64,000 nt of DNA, from IMG/VR virus record IMGVR_UViG_3300044904_000088, positions 519 to 64,518 of that record, one strand, 5' to 3'. Shown piece by piece: positions 1 through 9,792 of this stretch. Position 1 is the first letter of the stretch. Each line of letters starts with the position of its first letter. Below the pieces are notes generated by a model. The model did not search any database. It saw only the letters and a program-made list of their open reading frames with translations, and was not told where the DNA came from. This stretch comes from a virus. Taxonomy: Duplodnaviria > Caudoviricetes. Position numbers and translations under genes: made by a program.

Positions 1-327
1 GTTACCCGAGATGGTGCGGAGATAGTAGCCGTTCGCTCCCTTAGAGACGATACCTTGGCCGCTCCCCTGGCTCGGGATATTCACGAGGGCCATGACGGTG
101 AGATTGTCGCCAAGGTCAAAGGCCGCGTTCTCCACGAGGTAGATGTAGCCGGAACTAAACGCACACGAGTTGGCCGTGGGATCGCTGAGGGTGAGGCGTC
201 CTTGACCAAAGGCCACCCCAGCCGTTGCGATGCCGCTCAGGTGATTTGGGGACGAGTCGGCGACCTGAGGTCCTGTCTGTTCATTGAGACGCCAATAGCC
301 CACGAGGGACGGCGTGGCCAGTATCAA
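1..327 (-). CDS. LamG/concanavalin A-like domain protein (tail-tip or receptor-binding candidate), runs off the left edge; start uncertain
   Basis: Manual translation gives ..LVGYWRLNEQTGPQVADSSPNHLSG..FDLGDNLTVMALVN..QGIVSKGANGYYL, a typical LamG_3 opening motif (YWRLNE..ADSS). Not in the ORF track because no stop falls inside the window. Confidence 0.6.
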   Translation of the reverse strand, partial: MILATPSLVGYWRLNEQTGPQVADSSPNHLSGIATAGVAFGQGRLTLSDPTANSCAFSSGYIYLVENAAFDLGDNLTVMALVNIPSQGSGQGIVSKGANGYYLRTISGN

Positions 328-472
328 TCTCGGCAGGGGAGTCAGGGCCGAGCGTCTCGCGCGCCCACTTCTGCGACTGGACAATAGAGGGGATCGGTGG
401 GTCGGGCGCGATACGCGCGGGCCACACCGGGGCTACGGCCGTGAGGGCCAGTAGCAGCGCGAGCAGGCTCAT
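281..472 (-). pseudogene. Short signal-peptide ORF resembling a truncated N-terminus of a lytic transglycosylase
   Basis: Hydrophobic N-terminus, then PSIVQSQKWARETLG, similar to PTVADAKAWARATLG in the SLT gene at 26247-26786; no catalytic part follows. Confidence 0.35.
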
Positions 473-485
473 GCTCGCTACTGTA

Positions 486-1988
486 TTACGAGGTTGCGAG
501 CCCGATCTTGCTGTAGGTCGAGCCGGTCCAGCAATAGAGCCCGCCCGTGATCGACGTGCTGTCGAACCAGAGCGGGGCGACGTAGCTGCTGCCCGGCGCG
601 CCGGCGTAAACGTATACCAGGTTCGCCCAGCCGATGCCGTCGGTCACTGCCGAGTTGGCCACTAGGACGGCCCCCGTAGCGCCAATGGTGAGCTTATCGG
701 GAAGGCCCGCACCAGCGCCGAACAGCGAAGCCGTGTAGACGCCCCACCAGGTTGCCGTCGCGACGAACTGCCAGTACCGCGCCGTCTGCGCAGCGAATGA
801 CCAGGTGTCGTCGTTGCTCGTGTAGAAGTTGTGGGTGTCGGCCGTGTACCAGGTCGCGTCGTCGGTGCTGTACTGGACCGTGCAGGAGCCGACTCGGTCG
901 CCGGAGGCGTTCTGCTTGATGCGCGCTCCGGCGACGCTTTGAGCGGTTTGGAGGTCGATACGCAGGGTGATTACTCCAGCCTCCTGGTACATGTCGACCG
1001 AAGATCCGTCGTTGCCGTCGTTGGCCGGGTCTTCAGTACTGTGAGAGGGCTCTTTCGTAGCTCTAGCCCCCGTCGCATATAGGGCGACATCCATTCCGGC
1101 CGCGTGCCCGACGATGAGGTCGCCGCCTGCAGTCATCGGGTTGGTCATGCCACCGCCGGTCACATCGGCAATCGTGGCGAAGACATTGGCCCCGGATGGA
1201 CTGGCCGCCCCGGTGATAGCCGCCACTTCGTCGCTGCTCAGACCGCCCGCCCCGAACACTGTCTCCGCGCCCGAGTCATCCTTGACGGCGAGGGCCGGCC
1301 CGGTCTTGGCGTAGACGCGCAGCTTCCCGGAGCCGGGAGTGCCCGGAGCCGCCGCTACCGTGGCATCGAGGTAGGTGAACACGCCCTCGTCGGCCAGCCC
1401 GCTTCCACCCGACACGGCTACCCACGTTCCCGACGTGCCAGCTCCGGTGCAGATGTAAATGCTGCCGTCCTGTGTGACTACGTAGTCACCCACGGCGAAG
1501 GTGCCGGTGATGGGATGGCCCGAGGTCGTGCCCCCCACGTAGCGCGTGGCGGCTACCGCGCCGGTGAGGCCCATCGGCTGGCCGTTGGCGGCATCGCTTC
1601 CTGCCGCACCGGTTGCGCCGACACCTAGCTGCTGGCCCTGGTCCGAGTAGACGTGCCAGCCGTTGTCGTCCCATACCGCCATGTAGTCGGCCGGGAGCGT
1701 GATCGTCCCGGTGATCGCGTTCGCCGCCACCAGCCCGCCCCGGAACAGTTGGAACGTGTGAGACGAGCTATCAGTATTGACGACGGAGATCGTCTTGACG
1801 ACGGTGACGGTGCCAGCCGGGACGGTGTAGATCGTGGCGGCAGAGGCCGCGAGCTGTCCCTGGTACAGCACCTTGCCCGCGTCCGCTCCCGTGGAGGTGG
1901 TGATCTCGTCTCCGGAGATCGTGCAGGTCAGCTTGCTCGCGGCAGAGGCCACGCCCGCGAGGGTATCGGCAGCGGCGAGGAACAGCAT
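486..1988 (-). CDS. Tail fibre/receptor-binding protein with F5/8 type C (discoidin)-like domain, copy 1
   Basis: ATG at 1988 after GGGAGG. Gly/Ala/Thr-rich. LRIDLQTAQSVAGARI..TVQYSTDDATW..TARYWQF is discoidin-like. N-terminus shared with 48144-49268. Confidence 0.7.
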   Translation of the reverse strand: MLFLAAADTLAGVASAASKLTCTISGDEITTSTGADAGKVLYQGQLAASAATIYTVPAGTVTVVKTISVVNTDSSSHTFQLFRGGLVAANAITGTITLPADYMAVWDDNGWHVYSDQGQQLGVGATGAAGSDAANGQPMGLTGAVAATRYVGGTTSGHPITGTFAVGDYVVTQDGSIYICTGAGTSGTWVAVSGGSGLADEGVFTYLDATVAAAPGTPGSGKLRVYAKTGPALAVKDDSGAETVFGAGGLSSDEVAAITGAASPSGANVFATIADVTGGGMTNPMTAGGDLIVGHAAGMDVALYATGARATKEPSHSTEDPANDGNDGSSVDMYQEAGVITLRIDLQTAQSVAGARIKQNASGDRVGSCTVQYSTDDATWYTADTHNFYTSNDDTWSFAAQTARYWQFVATATWWGVYTASLFGAGAGLPDKLTIGATGAVLVANSAVTDGIGWANLVYVYAGAPGSSYVAPLWFDSTSITGGLYCWTGSTYSKIGLATS

Positions 1989-1989
1989 G

Positions 1990-2316
1990 TCAGCCTCCCA
2001 GGGCGAAAATGCGAAGTATGTTGACGCCAGCCGCTGGCGTTTCCCAGTCGGTGGCGTAGTCGGTCCCGGAGGTCTTGGTGAGAACCTGGTGGATCGTGCC
2101 GCCCGTGGGCACACCCACTCCGTTCGTGCCATTCGTCCCGTTCGTGCCAGGGGCGCCGGGGGCACCAGGGGCACCGCCGCCGCCACTGCCGCCCCCACCA
2201 CCGCTGACGCCGCCCGGGCCACCGGCTCCGCCTCCGCCGCCGCCCGCCGCCGTGCCGGGGATGCCCGCCAGCGATGCCTTGCGGACTTCCTTAGTGACGT
2301 GCAGCCGGACGCTCAT
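1990..2316 (-). CDS. Small Gly-rich/collagen-like minor tail protein, copy 1
   Basis: Poly-Gly and GAP/GTN triplet repeats; paralogue at 49270-49770. Confidence 0.65.
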   Translation of the reverse strand: MSVRLHVTKEVRKASLAGIPGTAAGGGGGGAGGPGGVSGGGGGSGGGGAPGAPGAPGTNGTNGTNGVGVPTGGTIHQVLTKTSGTDYATDWETPAAGVNILRIFALGG

Positions 2317-2317
2317 G

Positions 2318-4090
2318 TCAGTCCACCAACGTCCCGCCGACGATGCCGACATAGGTGCCAGCGCCGCCCGGAACGACGGTCATCTCGGTCCGGTAGGTGT
2401 CCACGAGCCAGAGGGAATCCTCGCCCATAACCGGGTCCACGACCCCTACCGTGTCGCCCTTCTGCAATCCCGGATGCCCGACGATGCCGAAGTCGAAGAT
2501 GCGCCGGAAGCCGTCCTGCTTCGCAAGCTGGGCCAGGGCCGTGACTCCGGCCTCAGTCGTGGTAGCGATGGCGGTCTCATTGACGATCACCCGGCGGATC
2601 GCGTTGTTCAGGGACGCCTCCATCGGGCCGGTCACACCTTGCGGCTCCGGCAGGGAGACGAGCCCTACTCCAGCGATGGCGACGGCCACCACGTCCGCCC
2701 TGGTCGAATCCTTGCCGACGACCTTGACGCGGGTGGCCAGCTCATACTCATCGCTGGCCCGCTCCAGAGAGAGCATGTCCACCCCCGCGTGGAACGTGTA
2801 GGCCGCAGAGCCGAGGGCGATGGGATCGAAGTGGTAGCCGCCCTGCTCGTCGGCGAAACTCTGAAAGCCGACCATCGTGGCGAGCTGGCTGAACGCCGCC
2901 GCGAAGCTGGTCCCATCCGTCACCTCGAAGTCGGCCACGAGGTAGTCCGTCGTCGTGACGTGGGCCGACGGGAACTGGAGATGCGTCAACAGGTCGAGCA
3001 CGATGTCGCTGACCTGCATGTTCAGATAGACGTAGTTCGACGGATCCCGCACTGCCCCGGACGCGCCCGCTGCCTGTGGATAGGACACGATGGCGGACTG
3101 GACCAGGGCGTTTTTCATCCAGTCTCGCGCCGTCAGGGTGATCTCGCGGACCTTCGAGTCCCGCGTCTCGTCCGGCTTGTCGAGGAAGCCATAGAAGGTC
3201 TGGATCTTGTTAGCGTCATCCCCGTACCACTGGTGAACCCAGATCTTGCGATCGCACACGCAGAGGGGCAACCAGGCCGACCAGAGGGCCTCGTCCATCG
3301 CGGCCAGCTCGCACACCACCTCAAGCCCGTCCGAGTCGGTCTGGAGCGACTTGTCGATGGAGATCCGCTTTACTGGGATGGGCGCGGTTCCGACCGTGCC
3401 GCCCCAGAGCAGCATGGCGTAACAGGTCGTGAACATCCCACCTTCGGGGTTCGTCTGGCCCGCCGCAATGTGGATCGACCAATAGCGGTGCGGCCCGGCA
3501 GCCACCGATCCTTGAAGTGATCCCTCGGCCCCGGGGTCGATGGTGGAGTCCGTCGTCCAGGTCGTCCCATCGTCGGAATGTTCGACCGACCAGTGCGCCC
3601 AGCAACCAGGGTTGTTCTCCTGAATGATCCCCTGGACCATCCAATGGGACACGATGGTCCCGGCGCCGAGGTCCCAGGAGAAGCGGCCCTCCCAGGATGC
3701 GCCGCCCTCTAGCGTCACGGAGGAGTTCATGCCGAACGTACAGTTTCCCGGCCAGCATGCGTCCCCGTTGGCATCCGTGAGCGTGTCGCTGTAGTAGCCG
3801 GGGACCCAGGGACCGCTGAATGAGGAGGATGCCGTGTAGGGACGGAGCGGAGAGTCGCCGTTCGGCAGTCCGTCGGTCCTGCTCGGCTGGTGGGTAGACG
3901 GGTAATACTGCGCTCCCCCGAAGCACCCGCCGAGGAGGTCCTGCGAGGTCGGGTTGCCTCCAGTCTCGGGCACGTAGTCCGACGTCACATCACTGGGGTT
4001 CTCCAGTTCCACCAGCGCCCGGAAGCCGTGGGCACCCGCCTGGAACTTAGAGACGAGGATCTCCTCTAGGTCACCGGACAGCCCTTGCAC
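2318..4090 (-). CDS. Minor tail protein (tail-tip hub/Tal-like, N-terminal carbohydrate-binding-like domain), copy 1
   Basis: 590 aa, second gene after the tape measure; hub-like C-terminal GHPGLQKGDTV motif; near-identical paralogue at 49773-51545. Confidence 0.7.
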   Translation of the reverse strand: MQGLSGDLEEILVSKFQAGAHGFRALVELENPSDVTSDYVPETGGNPTSQDLLGGCFGGAQYYPSTHQPSRTDGLPNGDSPLRPYTASSSFSGPWVPGYYSDTLTDANGDACWPGNCTFGMNSSVTLEGGASWEGRFSWDLGAGTIVSHWMVQGIIQENNPGCWAHWSVEHSDDGTTWTTDSTIDPGAEGSLQGSVAAGPHRYWSIHIAAGQTNPEGGMFTTCYAMLLWGGTVGTAPIPVKRISIDKSLQTDSDGLEVVCELAAMDEALWSAWLPLCVCDRKIWVHQWYGDDANKIQTFYGFLDKPDETRDSKVREITLTARDWMKNALVQSAIVSYPQAAGASGAVRDPSNYVYLNMQVSDIVLDLLTHLQFPSAHVTTTDYLVADFEVTDGTSFAAAFSQLATMVGFQSFADEQGGYHFDPIALGSAAYTFHAGVDMLSLERASDEYELATRVKVVGKDSTRADVVAVAIAGVGLVSLPEPQGVTGPMEASLNNAIRRVIVNETAIATTTEAGVTALAQLAKQDGFRRIFDFGIVGHPGLQKGDTVGVVDPVMGEDSLWLVDTYRTEMTVVPGGAGTYVGIVGGTLVD

Positions 4091-4091
4091 G

Positions 4092-4460
4092 TCAGTCCTC
4101 GACCAGCGTGGCGTCCACGGTCCAGAGGCCGGGCGCGATCTGTGACGGCTTGAGTTCCTCCACGATTACGGTCAGCGTCTCTTCCGGCGCGACCCAAGTG
4201 ACCGGCGTGACGGTCTCGTGATAGCCGCTCATCGTGGCCCAATCGGCGTCAGTGACCCACGGGAATGTCACCGTCGCCTGCCGGCGTGGTAAAGAGCCGC
4301 TCTGAATAACCTCGTTCTCGGTGGACGGCGTGCCCGCGATGGTCCCGATGATCCCGACGAGGGTGATGAATGGCGGGTGCTCAAAGCCGCTGTACTTGCC
4401 GTCCTCCACCCAGATCGGGCTGATCGAGCCGAGGGCGAAGCCGGAGGTCGGAGCTGTCAT
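4092..4460 (-). CDS. Distal tail protein-like, copy 1
   Basis: MTAPTSGFALG.. directly after the tape measure gene; paralogue at 51547-51915. Confidence 0.65.
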   Translation of the reverse strand: MTAPTSGFALGSISPIWVEDGKYSGFEHPPFITLVGIIGTIAGTPSTENEVIQSGSLPRRQATVTFPWVTDADWATMSGYHETVTPVTWVAPEETLTVIVEELKPSQIAPGLWTVDATLVED

Positions 4461-7105
4461 GGCCGTACTCCGCTGTACGAACTGAACCGGGAGTTCTGTT
4501 TCTGCATCTCTGCCGCGATCTCGTCGTGGACCATAACGGCGAAGCGCTTGGCCGTCGCCCGGTCGGGGTTGCCCTCGAGCGTGAGTTGGATCGTGCCGAT
4601 CGTGACGCCGCCGAGGCCGCCCGTGTTCTGGCTGGCCGGGATCACGGCCTCGCCCTTGTGGATATAGGCGAGCTGGTCGCTGGCCACGAAGGGCGTGCCG
4701 GTGGCGTAGTGCTTGGGTATCACCGGCGCCTTCGGCACATTCGCGCTGCTCGGCGAGCTGACCGTGCCGCCCGGAGTAGACCAGCTTGCGGTAGGCGGCT
4801 TCGCGTCGTTCCACCATGCGTCGATCGCAGCCTGAGCCGGAGGAGCGGCGTTCAGCGCTTCGTTGAATCCGAGGCCGAATTGCGTCGCTATGTTCGCGCC
4901 GTACACATAGGCATCGCTGCCGAGGGCGGCGAGGGCCGTCTCTGTGTCGGTCTGGACCGCCTGCCACATCGTGACCACGTTTGGATCGAGGCTGGCCAGC
5001 CCGTCCTTCATGGCTTGGCTTTGGAGCAGGACGTTGAGCTTGGTCCTCTGCTGAGCCTTCGTGCCGTACTGAGAGTCTTCCTCGAGCAGCGTCATGTAGG
5101 CCGACTGCTGCGTGTAGTACTGCTCTTGAAGCGCGTCCTTCTGTGCCTGGGAGAGCTTCGCATAGGTCTTCTTGTCTGCGAGGCTCTTCTTGGTCGCATT
5201 GAGCGCATCGAGGGCGTCGCGCTCTCGGTAGCTGATCGTGGCCTCGTCCGTGACCGCGGAGAGCGCCTCCGACCACGCGCCCGACAGCGCGGAGCGGCTA
5301 CTCTTGATGAGGGCCACTTGAGCGTCCGTGCCCTGGCCGACCGTGGCGGTTGCGCTGTCCATCGTCGACTGGACGGCCGGAACGACGCCGCTAAAGGCCG
5401 TGGTCGTTGCGGCCGTGATCGACGACTTGCTCCCAGCGAGGGCGACGGCGGAGCCTGAGAAGGTGGCCCCGTAGTCCGGCACGGCGGGCGTGACGGTGGG
5501 CGTTAGAACGCCAGCGTTGGTGGCCGGCACGGGGGTCGCAGCGGTTCCGTAGCCGTAGGGCTGGCCGGTGATCGGGTTGATGCTGCCCGCGTTGAACATC
5601 GAGTTGTTGGCGGGGTGGGGGGCGCCCAGTTTCACGCCGAGGAGGTAGGGCAGAGCCCCGATCCCGAGCATGGCCGCCAACGGGGCGAGAGAGACTCCCA
5701 CGGCTGCTAGGAAGCCGCCACCGAAGGTCGTCCCAAGAGCGCCTCCGACCGTGAGCAGATCCGCGCTCCCGGCCGCCGCTGCAATCTCAGGGCCGCCAGC
5801 CGCTACCGCGCCAGCCTCCGCCTCCACGAGCGCTCCGCCAGCCTCCAAGCCTACGGCGCCAGCGGCAACGTCAACCTCCGGGGATTGCGCCACGACGGCC
5901 GCGGCGACCGCGGGGCCGCCCGCTGCTACCGCCCCGGCCGTCCCGGTGACTTCGGCTCCGCCAGCTGCGGCTCCGCCGCCGAGCCAGGTGGGGAGAGTCA
6001 GACCGAGCTGCTCAGCGATCTTCGGGATGAGGGCACCAGCGAGACTGCCGAACCCGGCTGCGATCTTCGGCGTCATCTGGGCGCCGATTATCAGGAGCGG
6101 CCCGAAGCTCTGGCTGACGGAGGCGAGTGCCCCGCCGATGTTGTGCATGAGCAGCGTGAACTGATTGCCCCAATCGCTGCGGATCGCGTCCGCTGCCTTC
6201 TGCGTCGCGTCCTGCGTATCGACGGTCGAGGTTTGGAACTGATCGAGGCTGGTGATCCCGGGCTTGAGAGCGTCGGCCAGTTGCGCGCCGGCCCGCGTGC
6301 CGAAGTCCTTGGCGGCCACCTGGGCGCGCTGCAAGGGGTCCTGGATCGAGCTGATCTGGGCGATGAGATCGTTGAGCGTCTGGCCGGGCTTGAGTTGCTT
6401 GATGGCCGTGTTCAGTGCCGTGGGCGCCTTGCTCGCGTCGATGCCTGCGGCGGCGAACATATTGAGCAGGTCGACGCCGTCGGAGAACTGCATGCCCATC
6501 GCGGTCAGCGCCGGCGCCATCTTCTGAAGGGACGTCTGGTCGTCGGTCACGCTCGTCCCGTACTTCTGGTGGCTGGCAACGAGCTGGTCCATGATCGTCC
6601 CCTCGTCGCTGGCCGAGAGGTTCCATGCGTCGGTGACCATCTTGAGCGCCGTCACGGCCTGGGCGTCCTGGCCGGTGGCCGTCTCGAAGGTCAACATCTT
6701 CTGGGTGAAGTCGTCGGCCGCCTGCCCGGACAGATTGAAGCCGCTGATGACCTCTGCCAGCGAGGCCTCGACCGAGTCCATCGACTGGAGATTGCCTCGG
6801 TACATCGAGTCGATGGCAGCGCTCTGCTGGGCGAGCGCCTGGCCCGTTAGCCCAGTGTCAGCCGCAAGCTTCTGAGTGGCGGCGTCGAGTGCCGCGCCCT
6901 GCTGGATGGCGATCCCGAAGAGAGCGCCGGCACCCGCGCCGATGGCGGAGCCCATGGCGCTCCGCAGCTTCGAGCCGAGCTGCTCTCCCATCGTCTGGCC
7001 GGCCGACTTGCCAGCCGTGTTCGCGGCGCTTACGGCGTCGGTCTGGAATTGGCCGGTGTCGAGTTGGAGCCGGACACTAGCGAATATGTCGGCAATGGCG
7101 CTCAT
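4457..7105 (-). CDS. Tape measure protein, copy 1
   Basis: 882 aa, Ala/Gly-rich helical; follows tail assembly chaperones; C-terminal YATGT..AYIHKGEAVIP motif. Confidence 0.9.
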   Translation of the reverse strand: MSAIADIFASVRLQLDTGQFQTDAVSAANTAGKSAGQTMGEQLGSKLRSAMGSAIGAGAGALFGIAIQQGAALDAATQKLAADTGLTGQALAQQSAAIDSMYRGNLQSMDSVEASLAEVISGFNLSGQAADDFTQKMLTFETATGQDAQAVTALKMVTDAWNLSASDEGTIMDQLVASHQKYGTSVTDDQTSLQKMAPALTAMGMQFSDGVDLLNMFAAAGIDASKAPTALNTAIKQLKPGQTLNDLIAQISSIQDPLQRAQVAAKDFGTRAGAQLADALKPGITSLDQFQTSTVDTQDATQKAADAIRSDWGNQFTLLMHNIGGALASVSQSFGPLLIIGAQMTPKIAAGFGSLAGALIPKIAEQLGLTLPTWLGGGAAAGGAEVTGTAGAVAAGGPAVAAAVVAQSPEVDVAAGAVGLEAGGALVEAEAGAVAAGGPEIAAAAGSADLLTVGGALGTTFGGGFLAAVGVSLAPLAAMLGIGALPYLLGVKLGAPHPANNSMFNAGSINPITGQPYGYGTAATPVPATNAGVLTPTVTPAVPDYGATFSGSAVALAGSKSSITAATTTAFSGVVPAVQSTMDSATATVGQGTDAQVALIKSSRSALSGAWSEALSAVTDEATISYRERDALDALNATKKSLADKKTYAKLSQAQKDALQEQYYTQQSAYMTLLEEDSQYGTKAQQRTKLNVLLQSQAMKDGLASLDPNVVTMWQAVQTDTETALAALGSDAYVYGANIATQFGLGFNEALNAAPPAQAAIDAWWNDAKPPTASWSTPGGTVSSPSSANVPKAPVIPKHYATGTPFVASDQLAYIHKGEAVIPASQNTGGLGGVTIGTIQLTLEGNPDRATAKRFAVMVHDEIAAEMQKQNSRFSSYSGVRP

Positions 7106-7802
7106 GCGTCGTAGCCCTTCACGCTGCCCGGAACGAGCCGGGCGAGGCGTCGCATCTGGGCTCGGCCCCTGGCCTTGCTAGGCGGCGGGGTGGGCGGCAG
7201 ATACCACGGCGGTTCGAGGTCATGGCGAGTTACGGCCACCTCGTACACCGGCACGGGTGCCCGCACGTTCGCGTCGTAGGTCGCCGCGTAGGTCTCGGCC
7301 ATTCGGTCTCGCTGGTCTTTCGCTATGCGCGTTTGCGCCGCCTGGTGGTAGAGGAGGACCTGGCGGTAGGTGAAGGCTTGCTCGAGGTCGTCAGGGCGGA
7401 TATGCCAGACGGCAAGGGCCCACTCGAGGAGTTCTGCGAGGCTGACTCCACGGCGCGGCGGATGATCGTCAGAACGAGGGCCGTCTGGCTGGAAGTTTTT
7501 GGGTAGGCCACTTCTAGGAGCTTGTCGTAGATCACGTCGATGTCGCGTTCCGTAGCGTCCTCTAGGTCGCCCAGGGCATGCGTCTGGTCGTAGGCCAACA
7601 CGAGCTCGCGCTCGGTGTCGGACATAGCCCGTACGCCCTCTGGTGTGTCGGTGCGAACGTTGGCCAGCGCGATAAGCGCGGACTCGAGCCGTTCCTGCCA
7701 TTCCCGGTTCGGCCGCCACTTGAGCTCGGGCACGAGGCGCTCGACGCCACCGATGGTGAAGGGGAGGAGACCGCGAACGATCTCCTCCTCGTTCGCGCTC
7801 AT
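7102..7802 (-). CDS. Tail assembly chaperones G (7323-7802) and GT via -1 frameshift (ends 7102), copy 1
   Basis: Lies between the tail tube and tape measure genes. Two overlapping frames; slippery heptamer C CCA AAA at 7497-7503. Confidence 0.8.
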
Positions 7803-8326
7803 ACCGTCAAGCGCTCAATGCTATAGGGGGCCAGAGTGGGATTGGCCGGGTCGCCGTAGCCGGTGAAGGTCACGGGAGTGCCGGCGGTCTCGGTGGTGCC
7901 GAACGTGCAGGTGATAGGGCCGGTCTGGAGTGCATCGGTGATCGTCACCGTGGCGGGCTGGCCGTCCGGACCAGTGGCCTTCATCACGACGTCGTGGTGA
8001 TCGGCGGTGAGTACCACGCCGATGCTCTGGGTGAGCTTGGTCATGCCAGGCGTGCCGGCCACGCTGGCCAGTGAGGTGTTCTGGAGCGCGGCCTGGAGCT
8101 TGGTGAGGGCGAGCTCGTTGAGCTTGGTCGTGAGCTCGGCCTTGATCTTGACGATCCGGGTCAGGCCCTTGATGGGACCGACGGCCCCCTGAAAGTCGGG
8201 CTCGTACCGGGTCACCGTGATCACGAGCTTGGCCGGGTCCTCGGACGCGCCCAGCTCGACGCTGTCGTACTGGAGAGAGTCTGGCGGCCCGAAGAAGACG
8301 TCTTCGGGCGTGATCGTCATTGGCAT
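7799..8326 (-). CDS. Major tail (tube) protein, copy 1
   Basis: 175 aa, beta-rich, in the canonical position before the chaperones. Confidence 0.8.
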   Translation of the reverse strand: MPMTITPEDVFFGPPDSLQYDSVELGASEDPAKLVITVTRYEPDFQGAVGPIKGLTRIVKIKAELTTKLNELALTKLQAALQNTSLASVAGTPGMTKLTQSIGVVLTADHHDVVMKATGPDGQPATVTITDALQTGPITCTFGTTETAGTPVTFTGYGDPANPTLAPYSIERLTV

Positions 8327-8401
8327 TTGCGACTCCCCGCGAGAGGGGCTTGCCTCACCGCCCCCACTCGCATTCAGGGCGGATCGGTTGCGCCAGCGGC
8401 G

Positions 8402-8821
8402 CTAGGTTACGGTTTCGGTCCTCGTGACCGGGTACTCGATGGTGCTGTGCCAGAGGGGCTGGCGGGTGTCCGGATCGGTCTCGGGGGTGGACGCCGACAC
8501 ATAGCTGTGCCACGTCCCCAGTCCCGACGCCGCCGTCCGCCCGCCTTTGTCGTGGAAGACGGCTTCGACCGCCATGCCCATCGCCTCGGCGTCTGCCGGG
8601 GTCTTCCCATAGGAGCGCACGCCGAGCACCACCATCCGGATCGGAAGGCGGCGCCGTGGCATGCCATCGAGCCAGTTGACGACGATGAACCTTTGATATT
8701 CGCTCGGCCCTTTGGCATCGCCCGGGGCGGGTTCGAAGGCGCGGACCGGAGCCTTGAGCGCGATGATCGCCGCGTCGGCATTGAGTTCGGCGACGGCACT
8801 GGTCAGGGGTGAGGAGATCAT
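8402..8821 (-). CDS. Tail terminator-like protein, copy 1
   Basis: MISSPLTSAVAEL..; position between the gp10-like and tube genes; VRSYGKT..AEAM..V..VFH pattern. Confidence 0.65.
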   Translation of the reverse strand: MISSPLTSAVAELNADAAIIALKAPVRAFEPAPGDAKGPSEYQRFIVVNWLDGMPRRRLPIRMVVLGVRSYGKTPADAEAMGMAVEAVFHDKGGRTAASGLGTWHSYVSASTPETDPDTRQPLWHSTIEYPVTRTETVT

Positions 8822-9393
8822 TTGAGTGCCTGGTTCCATGCGGTCTTGCGCGCCTTGGCAGCAGCGACGTTGCCCTGCTTGGACGTCCCGCCAGCGGCCG
8901 TCACCGTCGCCCGGGCTGCACCGCCTGCGATGCGAGCCGCCATTGCCGGAAGCACGTATTTGCCGGTGCCCGGGATACCGGCATTGACAGCCGGGAGGAA
9001 GAACGGCCGGGGAGCTTCCTTGACAGTGCCGTGCTCCGCGAAGTGGGATAGCGGCGAGCTGAACCACATTACGAGCACTATCTGATCGGCCGGCACCTTG
9101 AGGCCGCGGGGCTTCTGCGATGAGGCCGCCAGCGAGGAGTCGCCCTCAACGAGCTTGCCCATCGCCCATACGGCGCAATGCCCGGTGTCCTTCAGCATCG
9201 GGACTCCGCGCCTGGCCGCCTCGGCAGCATCCTTGGGCGCGCGGCTGGAGGCGTCGGCGATGATCGTCGTGCCGAGGGCGAACAGGCCGTCCGCGATGCC
9301 GAGCCCGGCCGCATCCAGCGCGGCCTGGTTCATGACGATCACGGCGGCACGGTTGGCCAGGACCTTGGCGGAGGGAGCCTTAGAAACCGGCAT
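8818..9393 (-). CDS. HK97 gp10-like tail completion protein, copy 1
   Basis: SRAPKD..DTG and HFAEHGTVKEAPRPFFLPA motifs. Confidence 0.75.
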   Translation of the reverse strand: MPVSKAPSAKVLANRAAVIVMNQAALDAAGLGIADGLFALGTTIIADASSRAPKDAAEAARRGVPMLKDTGHCAVWAMGKLVEGDSSLAASSQKPRGLKVPADQIVLVMWFSSPLSHFAEHGTVKEAPRPFFLPAVNAGIPGTGKYVLPAMAARIAGGAARATVTAAGGTSKQGNVAAAKARKTAWNQALK

Positions 9394-9792
9394 TTACTTC
9401 ACCAGCTTCGCGTCGAGCTGGAGGTGGTGGCCGCGGCCGGCGGGGTCGACAACGCCGCTGACCTCCCAATACGGGCCGGCCGTGTCGGTGTTGAGGTGGA
9501 TCCGATCCGCCGTGATCACGTCGACGTCGGGCAGCAGGAAGATCCGCGCCCAGATATCCTGGGCACCGCCCTGGCTGAACAGCGGGACCTCGGTTGCCTT
9601 GAGCGCTTGGATGGAGCCCATCTGCCACGTCGGGTTGGCGGGGTCGATCGGCTCCGGATCCTTCAGCGCTACCCAATCCCGGATCGGGTGCCCGTAGTCG
9701 GTCAGTTGCTCGACGGGCGGCGTGCCCGCGATCATGCGGTCATAGGCCCGCTCGATGACAAGCAACTGCCGGAGGCCCTGGGCGATGCTCAT
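9394..9792 (-). CDS. Head closure/head-tail adaptor (SPP1 gp16-like), copy 1
   Basis: MSIAQGLRQLLVIER..DYGHP..DVITADRI..YWEV..VVDPAGRGHHLQL. Confidence 0.75.
   Translation of the reverse strand: MSIAQGLRQLLVIERAYDRMIAGTPPVEQLTDYGHPIRDWVALKDPEPIDPANPTWQMGSIQALKATEVPLFSQGGAQDIWARIFLLPDVDVITADRIHLNTDTAGPYWEVSGVVDPAGRGHHLQLDAKLVK

Noticed and set aside
486-1988. Diversity-generating retroelement or invertase shufflon acting on the tail fibres
   Set aside because: No reverse transcriptase or invertase seen; differences between copies are not adenine-specific, and no inverted cassettes are present.
2075-3520. Long plus-strand ORFs (also 13662-15068, 37575-39374, 51906-53585 and others)
   Set aside because: Antisense shadows of high-GC minus-strand genes, with no motifs.
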